This document shows positions 1-10,169 of a stretch of 64,000 nucleotides of DNA, one piece after another. Source of the stretch: Hyphomicrobiaceae bacterium (lineage in GTDB: Bacteria > Pseudomonadota > Alphaproteobacteria > Rhizobiales > Hyphomicrobiaceae). The notes under the pieces were generated by a model that saw nothing but the letters and a program-made list of their open reading frames with translations, had not been told where the DNA came from and did no database searches. The DNA is taken from contig JBGGME010000045.1 of assembly GCA_041288195.1 (NCBI GenBank), forward strand, positions 4,247 to 68,246, read 5' to 3'. How positions within the stretch are numbered: position 1 is the stretch's first letter; every line of letters begins with the position of its first letter. The position numbers and the translations under genes are program-made.

Positions 1-116
1 CTGGCGGTGCCGGATGCCGGCCTATGCCGGGCGGCGGCAGCATCGAATTGAGTTGTATGCGATCTGCAATCAGGCGAAGATGCCCCTCCAGATCAGCAAT
101 TTTTTGGAAGTGTACC

Positions 117-923
117 TTGGTAGCACCGACAGCTCTAATTACCGGGATTACCGGGCAGGATGGGGCACATTTGGCCCGCTTGCTTCTCGAGAAAGGTTAC
201 ACCGTCCACGGTGTCAAGCGCCGCTCCTCCTCGTTCAATACCGCACGTGTCGACGACCTGTACGTCGATCCGCACGAACATCAGACGCGCTTTTTCATGC
301 ACTATGGCGATCTGACAGATGCCACCAACCTCATTCGGCTCATCCAAGAACACCAACCTTGCGAGATCTACAATCTGGCGGCGCAGAGCCATGTCGCGGT
401 GAGCTTCGAGACGCCCGAGTACACGGCGAATGCCGACGCGCTCGGCACGTTACGGCTACTTGAAGCAATCCGAATTCTGGGCATCAAGGAGCGCACGCGC
501 TTCTATCAAGCCTCCACCTCTGAGCTCTACGGGAAGGTGCAGGAGGTGCCGCAGCGCGAGACCACCCCATTCTACCCACGATCTCCCTATGCCGCGGCGA
601 AGCTCTATGCGTACTGGATTACCGTCAATTACCGCGAAGCGTATGGCATGCATGCCTCGAATGGCATCCTCTTCAATCATGAGGGGCCAATGCGTGGCGA
701 GACGTTCGTCACCCGCAAAATCACGCGCGCGGTGGCGGCGATCGAGCGGGGCCTGCAGGAACGGCTGTATCTCGGGAACCTCAACGCCAAGCGCGACTGG
801 GGCCATGCGCGCGATTTCGTCGAGGGCATGTGGCTGATGATGCTGCAAGCCCAGCCCGACGACTACGTGCTGGCCACGGGGGAGATGCATTCCGTGCGGG
901 AGTTCGTGGAGCGGGCGTTCGGA
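117..923 (+). pseudogene. gmd: GDP-mannose 4,6-dehydratase, 3'-truncated remnant
   Basis: ORF 24..1049 carries [10 protein letters not shown] (Rossmann), YAAAK and [16 protein letters not shown] motifs. Similarity stops after REFVERAFG (~nt 923) and the last ~60-90 aa of the family are missing. Probable TTG start at 117. Lower G+C than backbone by eye. Confidence 0.7.
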
Positions 924-990
924 TGCATCGATCGCAAGGCTTCAAGAAGAATGCGACGTGATCGGAAGATGATGGAAAGTTGCGGAAATT

Positions 991-2061
991 CTACCCGGTT
1001 TGTTCCAGGGAGTTGTAGTGCTGTTCCAGGCGTCCCAGCGCGTCCGTGAGCGCCGGGAGGTAGTGGTAGCGGTTGTAGACTGTGTTCAGTTTGGGCGGGG
1101 TGTGGGAGAGCAAGCGCTCGGCAATGTTCTCCTGGACGCCGAGGCGGGCGAGATTCGTGCGGGCGGTACGGCGCAGGTCGTGCAAGGTCCAGTGGGGGAG
1201 CTTCACCCGTCGGTCGAGCTCCGCCTTTCCCCGGCTCCACGCCTGATAGGGGGTCGGACCGAAGACGCAGAGGTAATCAGTGCGCTCGATGAGTGCCTGG
1301 AGCTTGGGGGTAAGAGGGATCATGTGCTGCTGGTTCGACTTCATGTCCTCCTTTGGCCAGGTGATCGTCTTCTCGGCGTAATTGCAGTACGTCCGTTGCA
1401 GCTTGGACACCTGAGTCCTACGCTGCGCCGAGTAGATGAGGAACTGGACGAGGTTGTTAAACTGGCCGTTGTCGGTCGTAGCAGCGAGGATCTGGGCTAT
1501 CTCGGCGTCGGATAGCGTCCGCTCCCTGGAGGTTCGCCTATAGGGGGATTTGAGGCCGAAAAGAGGGCTCTTGTGGAGATACTGGCGTTCGTTCACGCAC
1601 CAGTTGAGGAATGCCTTGAATAGGGTGAAGGCATGGGCTTGCTGTGAGGGGGTGAGGTCCTTGAGTGCGTCGTGGATGGTTGCAGCGGTGAGGCTGGAGA
1701 GCGAAGCGCCCCTCGGAAAGTGCTTGTGGAGATGGTGGCGGATCTGGATGAGGGAGCCGTGTCGGATCCGGGTCGCTTGGAAGTCGAGGTAGGCGGCGAT
1801 TGCGGTCGCGGTCGGGGGGCAGGATGGCGGGAAATACTTGAGGGCGATTCGGCGGTACGCCTCTTCCCTCGCCTGTTTGAGTGTGACAGAAGGCCATCGC
1901 CCGATGATCTGGTATTTGTTCTGCTTCTTGAGTACGAAGGTCTTCGTGCGGCGCTGCACGCGGATCCCGAACGCGGGCAGTGCATCCCAGACGACGTACT
2001 GCTTGTCGCTGAAGGGGAGTTGGCGGATGGAGAGGTCGTTGAGCGGTTCGCGGCGAGACAC
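991..2061 (-). CDS. Tyrosine recombinase / phage-type (P4-like) integrase
   Basis: C-terminal catalytic signature: R in SAQRRTQ, HDLRRT, LSH, YNRYHY. N-terminal arm-binding-like [18 protein letters not shown]. Start taken at GTG 2061; the longer ORF to 2268 would overlap atpA. Confidence 0.85.
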   Translation of the reverse strand: MSRREPLNDLSIRQLPFSDKQYVVWDALPAFGIRVQRRTKTFVLKKQNKYQIIGRWPSVTLKQAREEAYRRIALKYFPPSCPPTATAIAAYLDFQATRIRHGSLIQIRHHLHKHFPRGASLSSLTAATIHDALKDLTPSQQAHAFTLFKAFLNWCVNERQYLHKSPLFGLKSPYRRTSRERTLSDAEIAQILAATTDNGQFNNLVQFLIYSAQRRTQVSKLQRTYCNYAEKTITWPKEDMKSNQQHMIPLTPKLQALIERTDYLCVFGPTPYQAWSRGKAELDRRVKLPHWTLHDLRRTARTNLARLGVQENIAERLLSHTPPKLNTVYNRYHYLPALTDALGRLEQHYNSLEQTG

Positions 2062-2206
2062 TTTTGAGACACTTTCGGGGGTGTTTCGGCGAGGTTCCAA
2101 AGGGTACCGCAGTCTGACGGGTGTGGCGAGAAAAATGTGATGGATGAGGGACTTAGGCTCCGCGACCTTCCGCGACGTTCCGCAAACGAATGAAAGGTAT
2201 TGCCTG

Positions 2207-3739
2207 ATGGACATTCGCGCCTCAGAGATCACCTCGATCCTGAAAGAGCAGATCAAGAACTTCGGCAAGGAAGCCGAGGTCTCCGAGATCGGTCAGGTGC
2301 TGTCGGTCGGCGACGGCATCGCCCGCGTGTATGGCCTCGACAAGGTGCAGGCCGGCGAGATGGTGGAGTTCCCGGGCGGCATGCGCGGCATGGCGCTCAA
2401 CCTCGAGGCCGACAACGTCGGCGTCGTCATCTTCGGCGACGACCGCGGCATCAAGGAAGGCGACACAGTCAAGCGCACCGGCGCCATCGTCGAGGTGCCG
2501 GTCGGCAAGGGCCTGCTCGGCCGCGTCGTCGACGCCCTCGGCAATCCCATCGACGGCAAGGGCCCCATCAAGTCCGACACCCGCATGCGCGTCGACGTCA
2601 AGGCGCCGGGCATCCTGCCGCGCAAGTCCGTGCACGAGCCGATGGCGACCGGCCTCAAGGCCATCGACGCGCTGATCCCCGTCGGCCGCGGCCAGCGCGA
2701 ACTCATCATCGGCGACCGCCAGACCGGCAAGACCGCCATCATCCTCGACACCTTCCTCAACCAGAAGTCGATCAACCAGAGCACCGACGAGAAGGTGAAG
2801 CTCTACTGCGTCTACGTCGCCGTCGGACAGAAGCGCTCCACCGTCGCCCAGTTCGTCAAGGTGCTGGAGGAGAGAGGGGCACTCGAGTACTCGATCGTGG
2901 TGGCCGCCACCGCCTCCGACCCCGCGCCGATGCAGTACCTGGCACCGTTCACCGGCTGCACCATGGGCGAATACTTCCGCGACAACGGCATGCACGCCGT
3001 GATCGCCTACGACGACCTCTCCAAGCAGGCCGTCGCCTACCGCCAGATGTCGCTGCTGCTGCGCCGCCCGCCGGGCCGCGAGGCCTATCCCGGCGACGTC
3101 TTCTACCTCCATTCGCGCCTGCTGGAACGCGCCGCCAAGCTCAACGAGGGCCACGGCGCGGGCTCGCTCACCGCGCTTCCCGTGATCGAGACCCAGGCCA
3201 ACGACGTCTCCGCCTACATCCCGACCAACGTGATCTCCATCACGGATGGCCAGATCTTCCTCGAGACCGACCTCTTCTATCAGGGCATCCGCCCCGCCGT
3301 GAACGTCGGCATCTCCGTGTCGCGCGTCGGCTCCTCGGCGCAGATCAAGGCCATGAAGCAGGTGGCCGGCCGCATCAAGGGCGAGCTTGCCCAGTACCGC
3401 GAGATGGCGGCCTTCGCTCAGTTCGGCTCCGACCTCGACGCCGTGACGCAGAGGCTTCTGGCGCGTGGCTCGCGTCTGACCGAGCTCTTGAAGCAGCCGC
3501 AGTTCTCGCCGCTCAAGGTCGAGGAGCAGGTAGCCGTGATCTTCGCGGGCACGCGCGGCTATCTGGACCCGATCCCGGTTGCCGCGGTCGGCAAGTTCGA
3601 GCAGCAGCTGCTGCGCCTCCTGCGCGAGGAGCATGGCTCCCTGCTCGGCGACATCGCCACCAAGAAGGAGATCACCGCCGACACCGAGAAGAAGCTCGTC
3701 GGCGTGCTCGACAATTTCGCCAAGAACTTCGCGGCGTGA
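2207..3739 (+). CDS. atpA: F1 ATP synthase alpha subunit
   Basis: [17 protein letters not shown]-terminus, Walker A GDRQTGKT, ~510 aa. Start at internal ATG 2207 of ORF 2144..3739, preceded by GAAAGG. Confidence 0.97.
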   Translation: MDIRASEITSILKEQIKNFGKEAEVSEIGQVLSVGDGIARVYGLDKVQAGEMVEFPGGMRGMALNLEADNVGVVIFGDDRGIKEGDTVKRTGAIVEVPVGKGLLGRVVDALGNPIDGKGPIKSDTRMRVDVKAPGILPRKSVHEPMATGLKAIDALIPVGRGQRELIIGDRQTGKTAIILDTFLNQKSINQSTDEKVKLYCVYVAVGQKRSTVAQFVKVLEERGALEYSIVVAATASDPAPMQYLAPFTGCTMGEYFRDNGMHAVIAYDDLSKQAVAYRQMSLLLRRPPGREAYPGDVFYLHSRLLERAAKLNEGHGAGSLTALPVIETQANDVSAYIPTNVISITDGQIFLETDLFYQGIRPAVNVGISVSRVGSSAQIKAMKQVAGRIKGELAQYREMAAFAQFGSDLDAVTQRLLARGSRLTELLKQPQFSPLKVEEQVAVIFAGTRGYLDPIPVAAVGKFEQQLLRLLREEHGSLLGDIATKKEITADTEKKLVGVLDNFAKNFAA

Positions 3740-3741
3740 AT

Positions 3742-3843
3742 GTCATCCCGGAGGTCGCGTCAGCGACCATCCGGGACCCAGGGGCTCGGTGCTCCTGGGC
3801 GTGACTGGGTCCCGGCTCTTCGCTGTGCGAAGGCCGGGATGAC
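3742..3843. repeat. Nested-palindrome intergenic repeat, family A (GTCATCCCGG...CCGGGATGAC termini)
   Basis: Terminal inverted repeats gtcatcccgg/ccgggatgac plus inner ccgggacccag/ctgggtcccgg. The same architecture recurs at 32826, 44229 and 49377. Lies in the atpA-atpG spacer. Confidence 0.7.
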
Positions 3844-3869
3844 AAAAGCGAAAAGACAAAGACGGCACA

Positions 3870-4760
3870 ATGCCCAGCCTCAAAGACCTCAGGAACCGCA
3901 TCGGCTCGGTGAAGGCCACGCGCAAGATCACCAAGGCCATGCAGATGGTGGCCGCGGCCAAGCTGCGCCGCGCCCAGGAGGCGGCCACCGCCGCCCGGCC
4001 CTATGCCGAGCACATGGATCGCGTGCTCGCCAACCTCAACAAGCGCATCACCGGCCGGCAAGGCGCTTCGCCCCTCCTCGTCGGCACCGGCAAGGACGAG
4101 GTGCACCTCCTCGTCGTCATGACGGCCGAACGCGGGCTGTGCGGCGGCTTCAACTCCAACATCGTGCGGCTCGCCCGCGCCGACGCCCAGCGGCTCGCGC
4201 GCGAGGGCAAGACGGTCAAGATGCTGTGCGTGGGCCGTAAGGGAAACGACCAGCTGCGCCGCGACTACGCGCGCCAGATCATCGAGCGGGTGGATCTCAA
4301 GGGCGTGAAGCAGGTGAGCTTCGCCAACGCGCATGAGATCGCGGGCAAGCTGCGGGCCCGGTTCGAGGCTGGCGAGTTCGACGTTGCCACGCTCTATTTC
4401 GCACAGTTCAAGTCGGTCATCAGCCAGAAGCCGACCGCCCTGCAGCTGATCCCCGTCAAGCTTCCCGTCGAAACGGCAGCCGCCGATGGCGCCGCGGCCC
4501 CCGCCGCGGTCTACGAGTACGAGCCCGACGAGGCGGAGGTGCTCAACTACCTGCTGCCGCGCAACATCTCCGCCCAGATCTTCCGCGGCCTGCTCGAGAA
4601 CGCCGCCTCCGAGCAGGGCGCCCGCATGAGCGCCATGGATGCCGCCACCCGCAACGCCGGCGAGATGATCGACAAGCTGACGATGCGCTACAACCGGGCG
4701 CGCCAGGCCAACATCACCAAGGAGCTGATCGAGATCATCTCCGGCGCCGAGGCGCTGTGA
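3870..4760 (+). CDS. atpG: F1 ATP synthase gamma subunit
   Basis: [37 protein letters not shown]-terminus and [16 protein letters not shown]-terminus, both typical of gamma. Confidence 0.97.
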   Translation: MPSLKDLRNRIGSVKATRKITKAMQMVAAAKLRRAQEAATAARPYAEHMDRVLANLNKRITGRQGASPLLVGTGKDEVHLLVVMTAERGLCGGFNSNIVRLARADAQRLAREGKTVKMLCVGRKGNDQLRRDYARQIIERVDLKGVKQVSFANAHEIAGKLRARFEAGEFDVATLYFAQFKSVISQKPTALQLIPVKLPVETAAADGAAAPAAVYEYEPDEAEVLNYLLPRNISAQIFRGLLENAASEQGARMSAMDAATRNAGEMIDKLTMRYNRARQANITKELIEIISGAEAL

Positions 4761-4765
4761 ACAAT

Positions 4766-6328
<1,563 letters not shown>

Positions 6329-6347
6329 CCCAGAAGGGAGCGAGGGC

Positions 6348-6599
6348 ATGTCGGCAGGCACAGGCAAGTTCGGCAGCTGCTGCGAGATCATGAAGGACGT
6401 GCTGGAGAGCGACGAGTTCGAGCCGCTGATCGCCGAGGACGACGACGGCATCCTGTACATGTCGATCGGCGTCGTCGACGCCGAGAAGGAGGACGAGCCC
6501 AACATGGTCGACCACCCCGTGTTCTTCTGCCCCTTCTGCGGCACCAAGGTGCAGTCGCCCGAGGAGGTCGACGCCAAGACCGGCGGGCAGACCAACTAG
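6348..6599 (+). CDS. Small acidic Cys-containing hypothetical protein (83 aa) between atpD and atpC
   Basis: ATG 6348 follows AAGGGAG, 20 nt after the atpD stop. Third-codon positions are almost all G/C. Contains GSCCE and FFCPFCG motifs. No family recognised. Confidence 0.6.
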   Translation: MSAGTGKFGSCCEIMKDVLESDEFEPLIAEDDDGILYMSIGVVDAEKEDEPNMVDHPVFFCPFCGTKVQSPEEVDAKTGGQTN

Positions 6600-6738
6600 A
6601 ATGGCCAACTGAAGCTTCCCCATAGGCAACCCGGCGCGAGCGGGGGCATCGGCCAGGATGGCTGCAGCCGATGGTCCCCTCGCCCGAAGACGAGCCCGCA
6701 GCCCAATCCCGCAACGCCAGCAAGAGTACTCCTAGAGC

Positions 6739-7134
6739 ATGGCAGGCACGTTCAAGTTCGAGCTGGTGACGCCCGAGCGCATGGCGCTCTCGCAGGACGC
6801 CACGCAGGTGCTGGTTCCGGGGGTGGAGGGCGAGTTCACGGTGCTGCCCGGCCATGCGCCGGTCATCTCGGCGCTGCGCCCCGGCGTGATCGAGGTCACC
6901 CTCGCCGAGAGCGGCGAGACGGAGCGCATCTTCGTCAAGGGCGGCTTTGCCGAGGTGGACGCGGACCGCGTCACGGTGCTGGCCGAGCGCGCGATGGCGG
7001 TCGACCAGATGAGCGCGGATGTAGTCACCGCCGAGCTGGAGAGGGCCGAGGCCGAACTCGCCGCTGCCGCCGACGACGCCTCCCGCCTTGCCGCGGCTTC
7101 CGCGGTGGAGCGGCTGCGCGCTATGGGGCGTTGA
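6739..7134 (+). CDS. atpC: F1 ATP synthase epsilon subunit
   Basis: FELVTPER...VPGVEGEFTVLPGHAP...GGFAEV pattern typical of epsilon; 131 aa. Confidence 0.95.
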   Translation: MAGTFKFELVTPERMALSQDATQVLVPGVEGEFTVLPGHAPVISALRPGVIEVTLAESGETERIFVKGGFAEVDADRVTVLAERAMAVDQMSADVVTAELERAEAELAAAADDASRLAAASAVERLRAMGR

Positions 7135-7154
7135 GCTGCGCGTGGTGCTTTGCG

Positions 7155-8826
7155 GGGCAAAATTCCTTATGTGTCCACGTAGGCTTCTCTGCGCCGACTG
7201 GTGACCGGGAGGCGGCGGTAGAACGCGAAGGGCGAAGCCTCCACGGTAAATATCCACATGCGGTAGATGCCTTTGATGACTACGAGCACCATCGCGGCGT
7301 GAAACCAGAACAATAGTTGGCCGCTCAGGATGCCATCTGCGATCGGGTCCAGATTTTCCAGCAAGCCTGGAACGCGCACCAGCACGTAGAGTATCAGTGG
7401 GACGTTTACCGCAGCCTGCGACAACAGGGTGATGACGATGCGGGCGGCCGACGCATTCTGCAGACCATAGATCACGTTGAGTGCAATCTGCATCGACGCA
7501 AACGCCAGCACTATGCAGCCGGTCCAATAGATCAGCCGGCGAAACGCCCACCAGATGCGCTTGCGGAACGTGTCCTGGGCGATGAATTCCCGGTCGCGCT
7601 CGTTCACGCGCCTAGCCAGTCCCTCGGCCAGCCAAGCCCGCTGCTCTCGCGGGCAAAGCCAGAAAAGCCAGTTGAAGATCCTATCCATATGGGTCGTGTA
7701 CACGATGCCGCCGAGGAACGTGATGAGCGCCATAAGCGAGATCGCGAACAGTGTTTGCGGCCATACGGGCAAGCCGAATGCCTGGCCCATGTGGTGCAGC
7801 ACGACGCGCAGCCCCTGCCATCCCGTCATCTCGGCGAGTGGGAAAATGGCGGTGAGCAGCCAGATCAGCCCCACCAGGATCGTGATCGCCCAGACAACGA
7901 CGGCGATCGAGGCGGAGGCGAGAACTGCGAACGCTTGGCCAACTGTAGCTTTGAGCGCTCGCCACAGCTCACGCAACCCGAGGATGCCCGAGATGCGCAG
8001 AGTGCTGCCGGGAAAGACGGGCGGCTCGCGCAGCGCTTCGCTCTCGTAGAGGAGTTCGGGATTGGTGAGGCTCGGGAGATATGTGGAGGTCGGGAGCCGG
8101 AAGTCGGCGGCGAAGAGTCCCCGCCTGTATTGGACCACGATGCGGCCGGTGACTCGAAGGTATGGCACCTGGCGCATCTTCAGCTTCGTGACCGCGAAAC
8201 ATCGGCGGTCGCGTTCCTCGAGGTAGTGCCATACGGCACCCTGCGCCAGGCACACGTCGGTGCAGCCTGGCGGCGGTTGTCCATCGGGGCCACCGCTCAA
8301 TGCGCCGAGCTGGGAAAACCGCAAATCGTCGGCGGTCTGCGGCACCCCGAAATGCGCGGGTCCCTCGTTGAGATTGGTGAGGATCGGGTCGTATTGCGGC
8401 GTAAACGCGTAGTAGAAATTCAGATAGTCGAGGACAATGCCTCTGAGTTCTTCCTCGTCGGTCGGCAGCGAAAGGGAGCACTCGCGATTTGCCCGATCGA
8501 CGCTGCCCGTCTCGTTGGCCATTGGGACGAGACGCAGGTGGTTACTGGGCTGACGCTGCTGCGCAACGAAATAGATGCGGTCGGGACGCGCTGCGCCGCT
8601 GTGATCCAGGCGCTCAAGATAGACGAGCCAGGCGGTGCGATAAAAGCGTAGCGGTGTGCCCCGCAGGACCCATTTGTCTGCCGATCTTGCATCTTTGAGG
8701 TCGGACTTCCTCGCGACTTGGCCCCTGATTTGACGCTCAAGCCCATCAGACAACTCCACAAACTCGCACGCCACGGCGTCCCCCGATTGTGTGCACAAAT
8801 AGCATATCATAGGAGGGCAAAATTCC
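7155..8826. mobile_element. Single-gene insertion cassette bounded by an exact 12-bp direct repeat GGGCAAAATTCC
   Basis: GGGCAAAATTCC occurs at 7155..7166 (abutting the stop codon at 7167) and at 8815..8826 (4 nt upstream of ATG 8810). The interior looks lower in G+C than the flanks. No recombinase inside. Confidence 0.45.
7167..8810 (-). CDS. Hypothetical protein: ~290-aa soluble N-terminal domain plus ~5-6 TM C-terminal domain
   Basis: 547-aa ORF with coherent codon usage. N-terminus has CYLCTQSGDAVAC. C-terminal half has long hydrophobic stretches (AVLASASIAVVVWAITILVGLIWLL, LFAISLMALITFLGGIV, etc.). No family recognised. No obvious SD. Confidence 0.75.
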   Translation of the reverse strand: MICYLCTQSGDAVACEFVELSDGLERQIRGQVARKSDLKDARSADKWVLRGTPLRFYRTAWLVYLERLDHSGAARPDRIYFVAQQRQPSNHLRLVPMANETGSVDRANRECSLSLPTDEEELRGIVLDYLNFYYAFTPQYDPILTNLNEGPAHFGVPQTADDLRFSQLGALSGGPDGQPPPGCTDVCLAQGAVWHYLEERDRRCFAVTKLKMRQVPYLRVTGRIVVQYRRGLFAADFRLPTSTYLPSLTNPELLYESEALREPPVFPGSTLRISGILGLRELWRALKATVGQAFAVLASASIAVVVWAITILVGLIWLLTAIFPLAEMTGWQGLRVVLHHMGQAFGLPVWPQTLFAISLMALITFLGGIVYTTHMDRIFNWLFWLCPREQRAWLAEGLARRVNERDREFIAQDTFRKRIWWAFRRLIYWTGCIVLAFASMQIALNVIYGLQNASAARIVITLLSQAAVNVPLILYVLVRVPGLLENLDPIADGILSGQLLFWFHAAMVLVVIKGIYRMWIFTVEASPFAFYRRLPVTSRRREAYVDT

Positions 8827-8924
8827 CGCCGTCAACCCAGCTACCCGCACTACGCTCGGGGCGCCCCTGCGCTCGGGAGATGTTGGAGCTGCTCAAAGAA
8901 GTGAGGACGGCACGCCCGGCGCGC

Positions 8925-9425
8925 CTACCCCACATGCGCCGCGAACGCGGCAACCACGTCGGCGTAGACCTTGCGCTTGAAGGGCACGATCAGCCTGGAC
9001 AACTCGGCGGCGGGGGCCCAGCGCCAGGCGTCGAACTCGGCCTTGTGGCCGCGCCGCGGGGCGATGTCGATCTCTGCGTCGTCACCCTCGAAGCGCATGG
9101 CGAACCACTTCTGCCGCTGCCCGCGGTAGCGCCCCTTGAGCGCGATGCCCATGAGCTCGTCGGGCAGGTCGTAGGAGAACCAGCCGGGCGCCTCGGCCAG
9201 CAGCTTGACGCTCGTGACCCCGGTCTCCTCCTCGAGCTCGCGCAGCGCCGCAGCCGCCGCGGACTCGCCGGCTGTGATGCCGCCCTGCGGCATCTGCCAG
9301 ATATGCGCAAAGCCGTCGCCGGCCCACTTCGGTCGGCGGCGCCCGACCCACACCAGCCCGCGCCGGTTGATCAGCATGATCCCGACGCAGGGGCGGTAGG
9401 GCAGATCGAGCTGGGTGAGGGCCAT
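8925..9425 (-). CDS. rppH: Nudix hydrolase, RNA pyrophosphohydrolase-like (copy 1)
   Basis: Nudix box [33 protein letters not shown]-terminus, GQRQKWF motif typical of RppH. Confidence 0.85.
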   Translation of the reverse strand: MALTQLDLPYRPCVGIMLINRRGLVWVGRRRPKWAGDGFAHIWQMPQGGITAGESAAAAALRELEEETGVTSVKLLAEAPGWFSYDLPDELMGIALKGRYRGQRQKWFAMRFEGDDAEIDIAPRRGHKAEFDAWRWAPAAELSRLIVPFKRKVYADVVAAFAAHVG

Positions 9426-9595
9426 GTTGCTGCGCGACCGATCGTCTTCTAGGCGCTATTGGACAATAGTTCAGTGATTTGCCCGCTTTGTCACGCCAAA
9501 CCGTGTCCGTTTGGTTGCCACGGTCGCGCGCGGCCTTGGCGAGAGCAAGGCGGGCAGCAGGCGCGAAGCCCAGACAAAACGGACAGGCCCGCTCG

Positions 9596-10111
9596 TCAGG
9601 CTTCGGGGCGCGCCAGCGGCGCGAAATCGCGCACCAGCTCCTCGTAGACGCCGCGCTTGAACGGCACGATCAAGCCGACCAGCTCGCTCATCTTCGCCCA
9701 GCGCCAGCTGTCGAACTCGGGCGCATGGCCGGGCCGCTCGAGGGCGATCTCCGCCTCCTCGCCCCTGAAGCGGGCCGCGAACCACTTCTGCCTCTGCCCG
9801 CGATAGCGCCCGCCCCAGGCCTTGGGCCGCAGCGCCTCGGGGAGGTCGTAGGTGTACCAGCGCGGGCTTTCGGCGACGATCGTCACCGACCGGATGCCGG
9901 TCTCCTCGTCGAGCTCGCGCAGCGCGGCCTGGCGAGGATCCTCGCGCTCGTCGATGCCGCCCTGCGGCATCTGCCACCAGGCGCCGGGACCTTCGGGCTC
10001 GCTCGGCGCATCGGGGCGCCGGCCGATCCACACCAGCCCCTCGCGGTTCAGCACCATGATGCCCACGCAGGGCCGATAGGCCGATGCATCGCTCGCCATT
10101 GGCGCCTCCAA
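9596..10111 (-). CDS. rppH: Nudix hydrolase, RNA pyrophosphohydrolase-like (copy 2)
   Basis: Nudix box GGIDEREDPRQAALRELDEETGI. Colinear with copy 1 ([21 protein letters not shown]). Start may be the ATG at 10099. Confidence 0.85.
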   Translation of the reverse strand: MEAPMASDASAYRPCVGIMVLNREGLVWIGRRPDAPSEPEGPGAWWQMPQGGIDEREDPRQAALRELDEETGIRSVTIVAESPRWYTYDLPEALRPKAWGGRYRGQRQKWFAARFRGEEAEIALERPGHAPEFDSWRWAKMSELVGLIVPFKRGVYEELVRDFAPLARPEA

Positions 10112-10169
10112 ACGCCGTGGGCGCCGAAGCGGCGCCCACGCTCAACTCGCGAAACCAAGCAGCCCGTGC

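Noticed and set aside
24-116. N-terminal 31-aa extension of the gmd ORF.
   Set aside because: Family proteins begin just before the [10 protein letters not shown] motif. The extension is unconserved-looking and a TTG at 117 fits better.
2062-2206. tRNA gene or att site next to the integrase.
   Set aside because: No cloverleaf-like sequence or repeat could be identified in the 146-nt spacer. The other island end is outside the window, so no att pair can be called.
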